Positions 1 through 9,034 of a DNA stretch of 64,000 bases are shown one piece after another. The stretch lies in IMG/VR virus record IMGVR_UViG_3300036761_004198; one strand, given 5' to 3'. This DNA comes from an uncultured virus (IMG/VR IMGVR_UViG_3300036761_004198). Lineage: Duplodnaviria; Heunggongvirae; Uroviricota; Caudoviricetes. Every line of letters begins with the position of its first letter. Positions within the stretch are counted from its first letter, which is position 1. The notes below the pieces were generated by a model. It had not been told where the DNA came from, made no database searches, and worked only from the letters and a program-made list of their open reading frames with translations. Position numbers and translations under genes: made by a program.

Positions 1-189
1 GCGGGATCGTGCTCAAGGGCATGCCGTTCAAGATCGTCGCGTACAACCCCGACGGCACGCCCAAGCTCTTCGAGCTACAGCCCCCCGGCCCCCACGACCT
101 CAGCGCGGACGGTGCGTGCGTCCTCTTCGCGCGCGAGGAGCTGCTCCGCAACCCGTGGCCGCGGAAGGCCCACGAGTAAAGGTACAGCG

Positions 190-666
190 ATGACCAACAT
201 CGAAGCCGACAACCTGATCGCGACGCTCCCCAAGCCGGGTGGGCTCAAGCTCTTCCGCGAGGACGATCGGATCGTGATGGACGGTGGCAAGTGGGGAACA
301 CACGCGCTCAGCGCCAAGGTCTCGAGCGCAGAGCGGCTGCTCGTGCACTGGAGGGGCTACGTCGAGAACCAGGGCCTCGCACTCGGCCCCGGTTACTCCA
401 CCGAAAGGCCGTCCCCCGCGCTCATCCCGCACCTCAAGAGCACCGAGCGCGACTACCAGCCCGGCGACAAGATCGCTTTCAGCGCGCCCAGCTACTCGGG
501 AAAGAGCGCGCATGGCTACCGGCCGGGCGTCGTCGTGCGCGCGACGCCCAAGCGCGTGCTCGTCGAGTATTCGTTCAAGTACGACCTCGAAGACGCTCGC
601 AAAACCAAGCAGCCACCGCGTCGGCACCAGATCTGGAAGAAGCGCTCCGAGGTGCAGAGGCGATGA
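190..666 (+). CDS. hypothetical protein with N-terminal 'HWRG' domain shared with ORFs 1435 and 51979
   Basis: ATG at 190 in ORF 112..666; GGKWGTHALS...SAERLLVHWRGYVEN aligns with two other ORFs. Confidence 0.65.
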   Translation: MTNIEADNLIATLPKPGGLKLFREDDRIVMDGGKWGTHALSAKVSSAERLLVHWRGYVENQGLALGPGYSTERPSPALIPHLKSTERDYQPGDKIAFSAPSYSGKSAHGYRPGVVVRATPKRVLVEYSFKYDLEDARKTKQPPRRHQIWKKRSEVQRR

Positions 667-796
667 CGAAAAAACTCGGCGCGGGCGTGGGCGAGCTGTG
701 CTCAACGCCGAAGTCGGGACACATGCACCACGATGTGCATGGGGTCCGTCGTAACGTGCGCAGGCGTTAGTCCCCAGGAGATCGAGGAGCAGACCC

Positions 797-1438
797 ATGC
801 GCGACATCGAAGACATTACGGGGCTGAGCGCTGACGCCCGTCGGCTGTTTGACTGGATGACCGCGGCATTCACCGGCGACGTCAACGAGGCGCTCGCGGA
901 TGCGCAAGCAAGCGGGACGTCGATCTCGAAGTGGCCGCACGAGCGACTGCGCAAGGCGCACGCGGAGCTGAAGGAGCGCGGAGTGCTCACGGCTGACGCG
1001 CCGGCACTTGAGCCCACTGCCCCAACGCGGGGTCATGCGACGAAGAAGTCCGCGCGCCAGCTCGACGCAGAGATCTCCCAGGCTCTCGCGAAGACGACGT
1101 CGCCGATCTCGCCGGTTGCGACACCTGCGAAGCACAAGCGGCTGACCAAGGCGCAGATCAAAAAGCTGCGCGTTGAGCTACGCAAGGCGATCAAGGTCGA
1201 GCAGGAGGAAGCCGAGTACCGCCACCGCTACATGAATGAAGATGACTACCAACGCGCCGGCGATAATGCGATCAAGGCCGCTGGGATTTATGGAAAGGCG
1301 GCGGGACAAGCAGGTGACGACGGCGTGGAGATCTGGGAGGTCGTTCCCGGAGAGGGAACGGTCGACGATCAGATCGCGGAGTGGCACGAGCCAAAACAAT
1401 CGCCAAGGTTTACTGAGCTAATCGGGCGCATACGATGA
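797..1438 (+). CDS. hypothetical protein, internal QLDxEI tag
   Basis: GAGGAG RBS upstream; HATKKSARQLDAEISQAL at about 1034-1087. Confidence 0.8.
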   Translation: MRDIEDITGLSADARRLFDWMTAAFTGDVNEALADAQASGTSISKWPHERLRKAHAELKERGVLTADAPALEPTAPTRGHATKKSARQLDAEISQALAKTTSPISPVATPAKHKRLTKAQIKKLRVELRKAIKVEQEEAEYRHRYMNEDDYQRAGDNAIKAAGIYGKAAGQAGDDGVEIWEVVPGEGTVDDQIAEWHEPKQSPRFTELIGRIR

Positions 1439-2232
1439 AGCATGACGAGGCTCAGAAGCTCGCGCAAACGCTATCCGCCTGGGGAGAGAAGGGAATCCTC
1501 ATTGCTCGGATCTCTGCTGACGGTGATCAGATCGTCTTCGGTGGAACAGGCGCGAAGACCGGCACGCATGGCCTGGACATCAACTCCAGCTCGCGCGAGC
1601 GCGTGCTCGCGCACTGGCGCGGCTTCGTCACGAACAACGGCGGCACCATCCCCGTGGAACCCACGCCGGTGTCGCCACCGGTCAAGACGCCGCCGGCTCA
1701 GCTCGACCGCGAGATCGCCGCAGCGCTGCGGCAGCCCACGCGCACGGCACTACGCCAGCCCACGCCGTTTGATGCTGATCTCTCACGGGATCGACAACCG
1801 ATCCGTCACCACGTCCGCCGCTTGGTCGTCGTGACCTACTGGGGAGATCCGCAGCACAAGGCCGGCGGCCGACAGCAGCTCGGCGAGTTCACGACGAGTG
1901 ACCGCTATGCGCGTGCCTGGCTCGCCAATAGCCAGCGTTTCGCCAAGTACGAAATCGACACGCACCAAAAGGGGACCGCCTACTCCGGTGGACCCGTTGC
2001 CCCCGGCGACGTCCCCGCTCACGGCGTCAAGAGCCTGCGGCCAGCGACCCTGAAAGATCTGAAGCGGTTCCACTTCAAGCTGCACGAAGGGCACACGCTC
2101 GCAGAGTCCCCCGAGCTCGAAGCCGAGCGTGCGAACATCTGCATGTACTGCGGCAAGCCCACGCGCAAGGGATCCGCGCTCATCGACGGACAGACGGCAC
2201 ACAAGTCGTGCATCAAGGAGTTCGAGAAGTAG
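1435..2232 (+). CDS. multi-module hypothetical protein: HWRG domain, QLDREI tag, C-terminal CxxC/HxxC zinc finger
   Basis: ATGA overlap; KTPPAQLDREIAAAL; CMYCGK...HKSC. Confidence 0.8.
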   Translation: MKHDEAQKLAQTLSAWGEKGILIARISADGDQIVFGGTGAKTGTHGLDINSSSRERVLAHWRGFVTNNGGTIPVEPTPVSPPVKTPPAQLDREIAAALRQPTRTALRQPTPFDADLSRDRQPIRHHVRRLVVVTYWGDPQHKAGGRQQLGEFTTSDRYARAWLANSQRFAKYEIDTHQKGTAYSGGPVAPGDVPAHGVKSLRPATLKDLKRFHFKLHEGHTLAESPELEAERANICMYCGKPTRKGSALIDGQTAHKSCIKEFEK

Positions 2233-2234
2233 CC

Positions 2235-2615
2235 ATGCCCAAGACCCCAGCCCAGCTCGACGCGGAGATCGCCGAGGCCCTGGCCGCACGCTCTACGTCT
2301 ACGACAACAGCCGCGCGTCGGCCGCCTCCTCCGCCCCCCAAACGTCAGATGTACGACATCAATCCTTCGAGCCCCGAGGTGATCCAGGCATTCCTGAAGT
2401 CAGGCTACGCCGCCGATGAGGTGGGCATCCAGGAGTTCATCGCCAAGCACTACGCTGGATGGATGCGCCAGTACAGGCAGCGCCACGAGAAGCGCAACGA
2501 TCCGCGCTCGACCGCGAAGGGGTTCTATGACACTGACCCGTCCCTCGTATGGGCAGACATCATCCACGAATTCACCGCGGCACTCCGCAAGCACGGCGTT
2601 CACGTCGAGGACTAA
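2235..2615 (+). CDS. hypothetical protein, N-terminal QLDAEI tag
   Basis: MPKTPAQLDAEIAEAL start 2 nt after the upstream stop. Confidence 0.8.
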   Translation: MPKTPAQLDAEIAEALAARSTSTTTAARRPPPPPPKRQMYDINPSSPEVIQAFLKSGYAADEVGIQEFIAKHYAGWMRQYRQRHEKRNDPRSTAKGFYDTDPSLVWADIIHEFTAALRKHGVHVED

Positions 2616-2621
2616 AGACCC

Positions 2622-2840
2622 GTGCCTGGCCCCAAGAACATCACCAAGGCAGCGACGCTCGCCGAGCTGGATCACGAGGGAATGATCCGATGCGCCGCGG
2701 TCTCCGATCCACCGAAGCTCACAGCCGCCGACATCGCGCGGATCGATTGTGAATCCAGACGATTGGGCGACGTGTTTCGCGCGCGTACAAAGAGCATGGA
2801 GATCCTGACACCCGCCGACCTGGGAACGTGTATCCGATGA
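2622..2840 (+). CDS. hypothetical protein
   Basis: tiles between neighbours; PKNITxxxTLAEL shared with the next ORF. Confidence 0.5.
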   Translation: MPGPKNITKAATLAELDHEGMIRCAAVSDPPKLTAADIARIDCESRRLGDVFRARTKSMEILTPADLGTCIR

Positions 2841-3130
2841 CGAGCGCGAAGATCGATCCCAAGAACATTACCGAGGAGACGACGCTCGCCGAGCTGCGCG
2901 AGCAGCTACAGTTGCACGCCGTCATCTCGCTCCGCATCTACCCGTCCTTGGCGGCAGCGCTGGAAGGACACCCCGAGCTGCTTGAGGCCAGCGTGCACCA
3001 CGCGACCGGCTTCTACGTCGGCAGGGGTCTGACCGAAGCGATCGCGATCGAGGCCGCGTTCTCCGCGCTCCGCCGCGCGCTCCTGCCCGAGCCTCTCAAG
3101 CAGTACCTCAAGAACATCGAGGAGAGCTGA
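2837..3130 (+). CDS. hypothetical protein
   Basis: ATGA overlap; PKNITEETTLAEL. Confidence 0.65.
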   Translation: MTSAKIDPKNITEETTLAELREQLQLHAVISLRIYPSLAAALEGHPELLEASVHHATGFYVGRGLTEAIAIEAAFSALRRALLPEPLKQYLKNIEES

Positions 3131-3805
3131 ATGCCTCGCGGAAGAGGGAAAGTGCCGGCGAGGACGCCCGATCCCTTGTCAACGGCAACAGGAATCGTGA
3201 CCGCTCGGGTTTCAGGGTCCGAGGCGTATCGTCTGGGACGGGAAGAGGTCGTCCGAGCGGCCGTCGAAACCATCGGTCCTTCCCCGACCGTCGCACGTCT
3301 CAAGGAGATCGGCGGCATCACGGAAGTCGTGCGCTCTCAGATCACGCGCGCGTCGACCCCGGGTCTCGACAACAATCTAGGTTCACCGATGTTCCCACTT
3401 ACACCACGATCTCTACTTGTCCGTGAGGCAAGCAGCCTGCGCTCCAGGGTCCAGCAACTCCTCTCGGCTCACGAGAGATCAGAAAAGGACGAAGGACCCG
3501 GATCGCGGGAGAAGCCTTCCGTCCATCACACGACGAAGAAAAAATCCGCACGCCAGCTCGATCGTGAGATCGCCGCCGCGCTCTCCGGTCAGTCGTCGGA
3601 GACCGGCTCTGCCTTCTACGACTTCCTCCTCGAGCGCTTCCCGAGCGGCGACGTGCCATGGCCGTGGGTCCAGAAGATCCTCAAGGGACACGGCGTCCCG
3701 CTGCCACTCATGATCGGTCTCGGCAAGGAGGATGCCGAGCGCTACGGGATCCGCCAGGGCAAACCCGCCGACGTCCACCAGCTCGCGCGGTTCCTGGGGC
3801 ACTAA
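3131..3805 (+). CDS. hypothetical protein, internal QLDREI tag
   Basis: HHTTKKKSARQLDREIAAAL; start uncertain. Confidence 0.65.
   Translation: MPRGRGKVPARTPDPLSTATGIVTARVSGSEAYRLGREEVVRAAVETIGPSPTVARLKEIGGITEVVRSQITRASTPGLDNNLGSPMFPLTPRSLLVREASSLRSRVQQLLSAHERSEKDEGPGSREKPSVHHTTKKKSARQLDREIAAALSGQSSETGSAFYDFLLERFPSGDVPWPWVQKILKGHGVPLPLMIGLGKEDAERYGIRQGKPADVHQLARFLGH
3773..3805 (+). repeat. 33-bp direct repeat copy A (copy B at 4507-4539)
   Basis: gtccaccagctcgcgcggttcctggggcactaa vs gtccaccagctcgcgaggttcctgggatactag, 29/33 identical. Confidence 0.85.
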
Positions 3806-3808
3806 CCC

Positions 3809-4507
3809 ATGTCGCGCAAGACCGCTGCTCAACTCGACCGTGAAGTCGCGACAGCCCTCAAGAGGCCCGCGACGTCGCGGACGTCACCGCGCCAGCTCGA
3901 TCGCGAGATCACCGGCGCGCTCACTGGGCACGCTACCCGAAAGGTCGCGGCGCCCACAACGACTCGCTGGATCCATCGCGACGTCGCGCGATCTCAGGGC
4001 GTCCCCGAGGACGTCGTGCGCCGCATCTACGCGGCCGTGCAGACCTCCAAGCGCCAGGGTCTGTACGGCGGATACATGATCGACCTCATCGAGCGGAGCG
4101 TGGGTCGAAAGCTCGTGGGCAACGAGTACACCGTAACCGCGAGGGCGAGGGAGCACCTGGGCTACGATCCTCCTGGCGGCTACGGAGGTCCGAGGCCGAC
4201 GGGATCCGCGAAGGAACCTCTGCGCGCACGGTACGACGATCCGAAGATCGAGAAAGCGTCATGGATCGCCGGTCGCGCGGAAGCGACCATCAAGGACGTT
4301 CTGCGTCGACGGAAGCACCCGTCCTTCGGTTGGGACGAGTCAAACGACGCGAAGGATCGCGGCCTCCTCCGACAGTCGGCAGACGAGCTGGACGTTGCTG
4401 CCGACCTCTACGAGGAGGCGGGTGCGGGCGTACGTGCAGGAACGCTCCACGAGCGCGCCAGACACGCGCGGCAGGGCAGCTACAGGCTGCTGGCCGCGTA
4501 CGACTAG
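3809..4507 (+). CDS. hypothetical protein with two tandem N-terminal QLDRE(V/I) tags
   Basis: MSRKTAAQLDREVATAL...RTSPRQLDREITGAL. Confidence 0.85.
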   Translation: MSRKTAAQLDREVATALKRPATSRTSPRQLDREITGALTGHATRKVAAPTTTRWIHRDVARSQGVPEDVVRRIYAAVQTSKRQGLYGGYMIDLIERSVGRKLVGNEYTVTARAREHLGYDPPGGYGGPRPTGSAKEPLRARYDDPKIEKASWIAGRAEATIKDVLRRRKHPSFGWDESNDAKDRGLLRQSADELDVAADLYEEAGAGVRAGTLHERARHARQGSYRLLAAYD

Positions 4508-4539
4508 TCCACCAGCTCGCGAGGTTCCTGGGATACTAG
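4507..4539 (+). repeat. 33-bp direct repeat copy B, an orphan duplicate of the 3' end of ORF 3131
   Basis: reads VHQLARFLGY* vs VHQLARFLGH*. Confidence 0.85.
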
Positions 4540-4562
4540 AATAGGCAAGAAGGAGCGCGAGG

Positions 4563-4604
4563 ATGCACAAGACGGCCCGCCAACTCGATCGCAAGATCAC
4601 ATGA
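4563..4604 (+). CDS. 13-aa micro-ORF consisting only of the tag (MHKTARQLDRKIT), or a relic of a tagged gene
   Basis: AAGGAG upstream; its TGA overlaps the ATG of 4601. Confidence 0.45.
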   Translation: MHKTARQLDRKIT

Positions 4605-5170
4605 CGCGCCTTGAGACACAGGTCAGCAAGACTGATCCGACGATCAAGAAGATCATTGCCGCAACGTCTGGATCGGACGCGACCGAGTGGCCTGGCGGAT
4701 CGCCGACGCGGTGGAGCGGCAGGCTTGTCTCCGTCGTGCAGGTCGACCCCGGCTTTACGTACAACCTCTATAATGATACGGGTGAGCCGCGCGTGTACCA
4801 GGTCAGGAATATTCAGGCGCGTATGCTCACCGTCTCTCGTGTCCCCCGTCCATCGTACGGCGCGCCAGCGACGGAGATCTTCGCGCCGGCGTATGGCGAG
4901 GTCGTTGTTACACGGCAGATCGGCCCCACCGGCCGAATCACGATCTATGCCCCCGAGCTGGACGCCGCGACGCTTGACGTGGCGCGCGATGCCCTGCTCT
5001 TGAGCGACAAGAAACTCTTCGCCGAAGTGCTCAAAGGGTTCGGCGACTACGCAGGCATCGCTCGTGCGATCCTGGAAGCACAGTCCAAGACACTTGAGAA
5101 GGTGTCCAGCGGCAAGACTTCACGCCAGCTCGACCGCGAGATCGCCGAGTTCCTGCGGTCCAGGAACTAA
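4601..5170 (+). CDS. hypothetical protein, C-terminal QLDREI tag; paralog of 47876..48418
   Basis: LDVARDAL...YAGI...EAQ...GKTSRQLDREIAEFLR shared with the paralog. Confidence 0.85.
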   Translation: MTRLETQVSKTDPTIKKIIAATSGSDATEWPGGSPTRWSGRLVSVVQVDPGFTYNLYNDTGEPRVYQVRNIQARMLTVSRVPRPSYGAPATEIFAPAYGEVVVTRQIGPTGRITIYAPELDAATLDVARDALLLSDKKLFAEVLKGFGDYAGIARAILEAQSKTLEKVSSGKTSRQLDREIAEFLRSRN

Positions 5171-5190
5171 GCCCTCAAGGACGCGAAGAC

Positions 5191-5700
5191 ATGCCGAGCA
5201 AGAAGACCGCCGCTCAGCTCGATCGAGAGGTCGCCAAGGCCCTCAAGACGCCCGCGATGACGCTGAAGCGGGCCAATGAGATCATCCGCGCCGCGCAGCT
5301 GGAGGGCTTCGGCGGCCGCTGCGGACGCGTCGCCATTGCGATCAACCGCGTGGTGTTCGGTGACAATGGGCGCTACGTCGTTGCGACCAATCCGCACATC
5401 AGCGAGCAGCGTGACCGGCTGTTCGTGGGACACGTCGTCGTCGAGTGGAAGGGCCGTTTGTTCGACGCGACAGGTGGCGTCGACGACGAGGACACGGTCG
5501 AATCCTGGGGCATGGTCGACCACACCGATCCGGACTACGCCTACTTGACCGAGGAGCAAGCGCTCGACGGCCAGCTCCACTACATCGACGATCTGTATCC
5601 CAGCCGCGCCGCGCAAGAGCGCGCCATCGAGGCCGGAACGCGCGGACAGTGTCCGCTGCGCGACGTGGAGCGAGCCCTCCGGGAGGCGATGGCGTCGTGA
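5191..5700 (+). CDS. tagged protein with possible papain/transglutaminase-like Cys-His-Asp fold
   Basis: MPSKKTAAQLDREVAKAL; GRCGRVA...GHVVVEWKGRLFDATG. Confidence 0.6.
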   Translation: MPSKKTAAQLDREVAKALKTPAMTLKRANEIIRAAQLEGFGGRCGRVAIAINRVVFGDNGRYVVATNPHISEQRDRLFVGHVVVEWKGRLFDATGGVDDEDTVESWGMVDHTDPDYAYLTEEQALDGQLHYIDDLYPSRAAQERAIEAGTRGQCPLRDVERALREAMAS

Positions 5701-5978
5701 CGCGCAAGAAGACTGCCGCCCAGCTCGATCGCGAGATCACCGCCGCGCTCGCTGCCGGCCCGGCCGTGACGATCTCAGTGCACGAGGTCGAGGTCGAGGA
5801 CGAGGACGATGATGACGACGACCGCTACATGATCTCAGACAACGGCGGAGAGTACGACGACAGCGAAGAAACCTACGCGCCGGACGTGCAGGGGGAGATC
5901 GACGAGCGCCGCGCGCACTACAACGAGATGGGCCGTCGCGTCGTGCTCGATGCGCCCGCCGGGAGGGGCTGGACATGA
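5697..5978 (+). CDS. tagged, highly acidic small protein
   Basis: GTG start overlapping upstream stop; VTRKKTAAQLDREITAAL; EDEDDDDDD run. Confidence 0.75.
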   Translation: MTRKKTAAQLDREITAALAAGPAVTISVHEVEVEDEDDDDDDRYMISDNGGEYDDSEETYAPDVQGEIDERRAHYNEMGRRVVLDAPAGRGWT

Positions 5979-6514
5979 AATGCAAGACATGCGGCGTGCG
6001 CACGACGGCGTCGGCGGGATACTGCCAGTCCTGCAAGTCGAAGCGCCATCACGGCTACAAGCGGCTCAAGAAAGAAAACCTCCTCCTCGACGAAGCGGGC
6101 GGCGCTTGGTGGATCTGGAACCCGCGTGGAGACGTCATCGTTTCCGGGAAACCGACCAAAGACGCTGCCATCATCGCGCTCGGTGTGAGGGAAGACGACG
6201 TGGAGGATGCCGACCTCACGACGCACGCGCACGAGCACCACGCAAAGAAGAAGTCCGGCGTGCAGCTCGATCGCGAGATCGCTGCGGCGCTCACGGATCG
6301 AACGACAAACGAGGACGACGCGGGTATTTTCTACCTCACCGACACCAAGGAGCGCTCGCTGGGACCGGAGTTTCCGTCCCGTCTCGCGGCCAAGCGTGCC
6401 GCGATGAAGCTCGTGCGCGATGGAACGCACCCCCGGGTCGAGGTGTGGCACCGTTGGCGGGGCGACCGCTACATGCAGGGCCTCGCGAGCGACGAGGGCT
6501 GGTCCGATGTCTGA
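5975..6514 (+). CDS. hypothetical protein: N-terminal CxxC-CxxC finger, internal tag
   Basis: CKTC...CQSC; HHAKKKSGVQLDREIAAAL. Confidence 0.8.
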   Translation: MKCKTCGVRTTASAGYCQSCKSKRHHGYKRLKKENLLLDEAGGAWWIWNPRGDVIVSGKPTKDAAIIALGVREDDVEDADLTTHAHEHHAKKKSGVQLDREIAAALTDRTTNEDDAGIFYLTDTKERSLGPEFPSRLAAKRAAMKLVRDGTHPRVEVWHRWRGDRYMQGLASDEGWSDV

Positions 6515-6531
6515 CGAGCGCAGGTGAACGC

Positions 6532-7020
6532 ATGCCGAAGACCCCAGCCCAACTCGACACCGAGATCGCCCAAGCACTGTCGCGCCCGAGGCGCCGTTCC
6601 CAAGCTCTCGATCTTGCATTCGCGACCAGCGCCGAGCACGGCGTGCACTTCGAGACCGGCGTCCCCGTCACGTTCGAGTACATTCGCAACACGGAGAAGT
6701 CTCCGCGCTTCGGAGCGACCTTCGGCCAGGACATCGAGCCCGCTGGACGCTACCTGCTCCACAAGGAACTTTCGGGAGATCCCCCGCGCGGCTGGCAGAG
6801 CGGAACAATCACGCTCCGATCGCCGCTCGTGATCCCGCTGTCCGGTGATCCGAACGCGATCTATGGCCCCACGGGATGGAAGGCGCGGCTCCGAGCCGCT
6901 ACCGGAAAGACCGGACGCGCGCTGAGCACTGACCTCGTCCGGCGCGGGTACGATGGGATCGTGACGGTCGACGAGCGTGGCTACACAAGCGAGATCGTGG
7001 TTCTCGGAGGAAAGAAGTAG
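6532..7020 (+). CDS. tagged protein with ADP-ribosyltransferase-like (polyvalent-protein ART type) domain
   Basis: MPKTPAQLDTEIAQAL; LRSPLVI...RRGYDGIV...EIVVL pattern. Confidence 0.55.
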   Translation: MPKTPAQLDTEIAQALSRPRRRSQALDLAFATSAEHGVHFETGVPVTFEYIRNTEKSPRFGATFGQDIEPAGRYLLHKELSGDPPRGWQSGTITLRSPLVIPLSGDPNAIYGPTGWKARLRAATGKTGRALSTDLVRRGYDGIVTVDERGYTSEIVVLGGKK

Positions 7021-7025
7021 GCGCT

Positions 7026-7538
7026 ATGGCCGAGATCCGCTACCTGAAGATCACGATGGTCGACGGCACGCGCTTCATCCTGCGCGTCACCCGCGAGTCA
7101 CCGCACGTCATCACCGGCTACGAGGTCAACGATGAAGGTGACGAAGTCGTTCCACCCGGCTATGGACGACGGCTGCGCCTCGTGGGCCGCGACTTCATCA
7201 AGAAGGCCGTCGAGATGCGGATGAGCCCAAAGTACGCGACGCTCGAGGTCGCCTCGCGCACCGAAGGTGCCACGGCGAAGATCGTGAACATCGTCACCGA
7301 CACCGCGACGCTCGCCGAAGCGATGTACCCGGGCGGCGGCCTCTCCGCGTTCAACGAGGGCGTCTACGCGGAGACAAGGACGCCGATCCGAAGAATGACC
7401 GGCCGCGAGGTCGTCACCGTGGCCGGCACGACCGCGGGCGCGAAGGTCCTATCCGACGAGACCTGGATCATCGACCGCTTCGGAACGCTCGGCGCGCGGC
7501 AGATCAAGAAGCTTCGCGAGCTCGCGAAGGAGGCGTAG
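7026..7538 (+). CDS. hypothetical protein
   Basis: tiles operon; protein-like composition. Confidence 0.7.
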   Translation: MAEIRYLKITMVDGTRFILRVTRESPHVITGYEVNDEGDEVVPPGYGRRLRLVGRDFIKKAVEMRMSPKYATLEVASRTEGATAKIVNIVTDTATLAEAMYPGGGLSAFNEGVYAETRTPIRRMTGREVVTVAGTTAGAKVLSDETWIIDRFGTLGARQIKKLRELAKEA

Positions 7539-7541
7539 ACG

Positions 7542-7877
7542 ATGAGCAGGAAACTGAACTACGGGGACTTCTCGCGGACCGGCTGGCAGGACTGCGCCAA
7601 CGTGTTCGACACGAGCGACCATCGCGATGCTTGGGACCGCCTCGGCAAGCCGCACGGGGCTGGAGCCGCCGCCAAGGTCGTGCGCGAGGCATGGGGCGAC
7701 GACGAGGATCACTACGCGCAGTGGCTGGATCAGACCGATGTCGACGAGATCGTCAAAGACGGCCTGGAGCTGCGCGCCGCCTACCGGGCGTGGCGTGACG
7801 CGTGGCAGGGCTGCGCGGAGAGCACCGTGAAGGCCGACATCAAGGAATGGATCGCGCGAGAGGAAGAGGACGCTTAG
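7542..7877 (+). CDS. hypothetical protein
   Basis: AAGGAGG RBS; tiles operon. Confidence 0.75.
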   Translation: MSRKLNYGDFSRTGWQDCANVFDTSDHRDAWDRLGKPHGAGAAAKVVREAWGDDEDHYAQWLDQTDVDEIVKDGLELRAAYRAWRDAWQGCAESTVKADIKEWIAREEEDA

Positions 7878-7879
7878 CC

Positions 7880-8200
7880 GTGCCGAAAAAATCAACTGCC
7901 CAACTTGATCGCGAGATCGAGGAGGCGCTCGCTGCCAAGCGGCGCTTCGTCGTAGGCGCCAAGTATTCTCTCGACGAAATTCGAGCGGCGATGAACGTGG
8001 CTCTCGGGCGGTTTCCTTCTCTCCTCAAAGCGTCCGAGTGGGACTTCGGCAGCCAGCTGCTGGAGGCGACGGCGTCGGTCCTGAGGAGTGAGCCCCTGGG
8101 GGCCACGTACGACCCAGACACGTTGGAGTTGTGGGCTTTCCCAGGAGCCGTGATCGATCTTCCTCAGACGCGGCGCGGGCGCCGAGTCGTCATGCGCTAG
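7880..8200 (+). CDS. hypothetical protein, N-terminal tag
   Basis: GTG start, VPKKSTAQLDREIEEAL. Confidence 0.75.
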   Translation: MPKKSTAQLDREIEEALAAKRRFVVGAKYSLDEIRAAMNVALGRFPSLLKASEWDFGSQLLEATASVLRSEPLGATYDPDTLELWAFPGAVIDLPQTRRGRRVVMR

Positions 8201-8218
8201 GCGAGCTAGGCGAGAGAG

Positions 8219-8602
8219 ATGACCACGACGACGCAAGAAGACCGCTATACGCAGTTGCTCGCACGCCGCGTTCCGCGCGCCGACGTCGCGCTCGGAAGCG
8301 CGTACGTCATCCACGCGCGCAACGGCGGCGTCGGCGTCGCGCTGGAAGAAGACGGCGTCCTCGGCTACCAGCTCCACCGCGAGAAGTTCGGCAGCCACTA
8401 CCTGTTTGTGGAGTACGACTGGGCCAACGGGCCGCCGTACGGGACGGCGATCCCGCTCGCCGCGATCTCGGAAGTCCCGCCAACGGATGACGCGGAGCGG
8501 CTCGTGTGGCTCTCCGATCAGGAGGCGAAGCACCGAACGCAGATCGACGAAGCCTGGCAGACGGTGCTGGGCTGGGTGCTGGGTTTCCCGGTGCCTCGAT
8601 GA
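8219..8602 (+). CDS. hypothetical protein
   Basis: tiles operon; REKFGSHYLFVEYDW..GPPYGTA.PL. Confidence 0.7.
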   Translation: MTTTTQEDRYTQLLARRVPRADVALGSAYVIHARNGGVGVALEEDGVLGYQLHREKFGSHYLFVEYDWANGPPYGTAIPLAAISEVPPTDDAERLVWLSDQEAKHRTQIDEAWQTVLGWVLGFPVPR

Positions 8603-9030
8603 CCAAGTCTGCGACACAGCTCGACGCCGAGATCGCCGAGGTCTTCGCAAAGCGCGGACGCGCGAAGATCCGCAAGATCGCGTCCGCAGCCGAGGCGCTT
8701 CGCGCGTCGGAGACCGCCAAGCGGCTGTCGGACGACGCGCATCTCGCGGCCGATCACCGCGAGGCGACCGCGGCGCACCGACGGGCGTCCCGGCTCCACA
8801 AGTCCGATCCGACCGGCGCAGACGCCGCCTGGCTGCACGATCTGGCTGCGATCAACCACCGGCAGGCCGCCGCGGCCCGCGCATCTCGAGCGCTCAAAGC
8901 GGCAGATCCATCACGGACGCAGAAGACCTTCACCGCGTTCCAGGAAAAGCTCTCTGCTGCCAACGAGCACACAGCGATGGCGAACGAATATGCGCGGCAA
9001 GCACTTGCCGCGGCAAGGAAGCGAGGCTGA
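8599..9030 (+). CDS. Ala/His-rich helical protein, N-terminal tag
   Basis: ATGA overlap; MTKSATQLDAEIAEVF. Confidence 0.8.
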   Translation: MTKSATQLDAEIAEVFAKRGRAKIRKIASAAEALRASETAKRLSDDAHLAADHREATAAHRRASRLHKSDPTGADAAWLHDLAAINHRQAAAARASRALKAADPSRTQKTFTAFQEKLSAANEHTAMANEYARQALAAARKRG

Positions 9031-9034
9031 TCCG

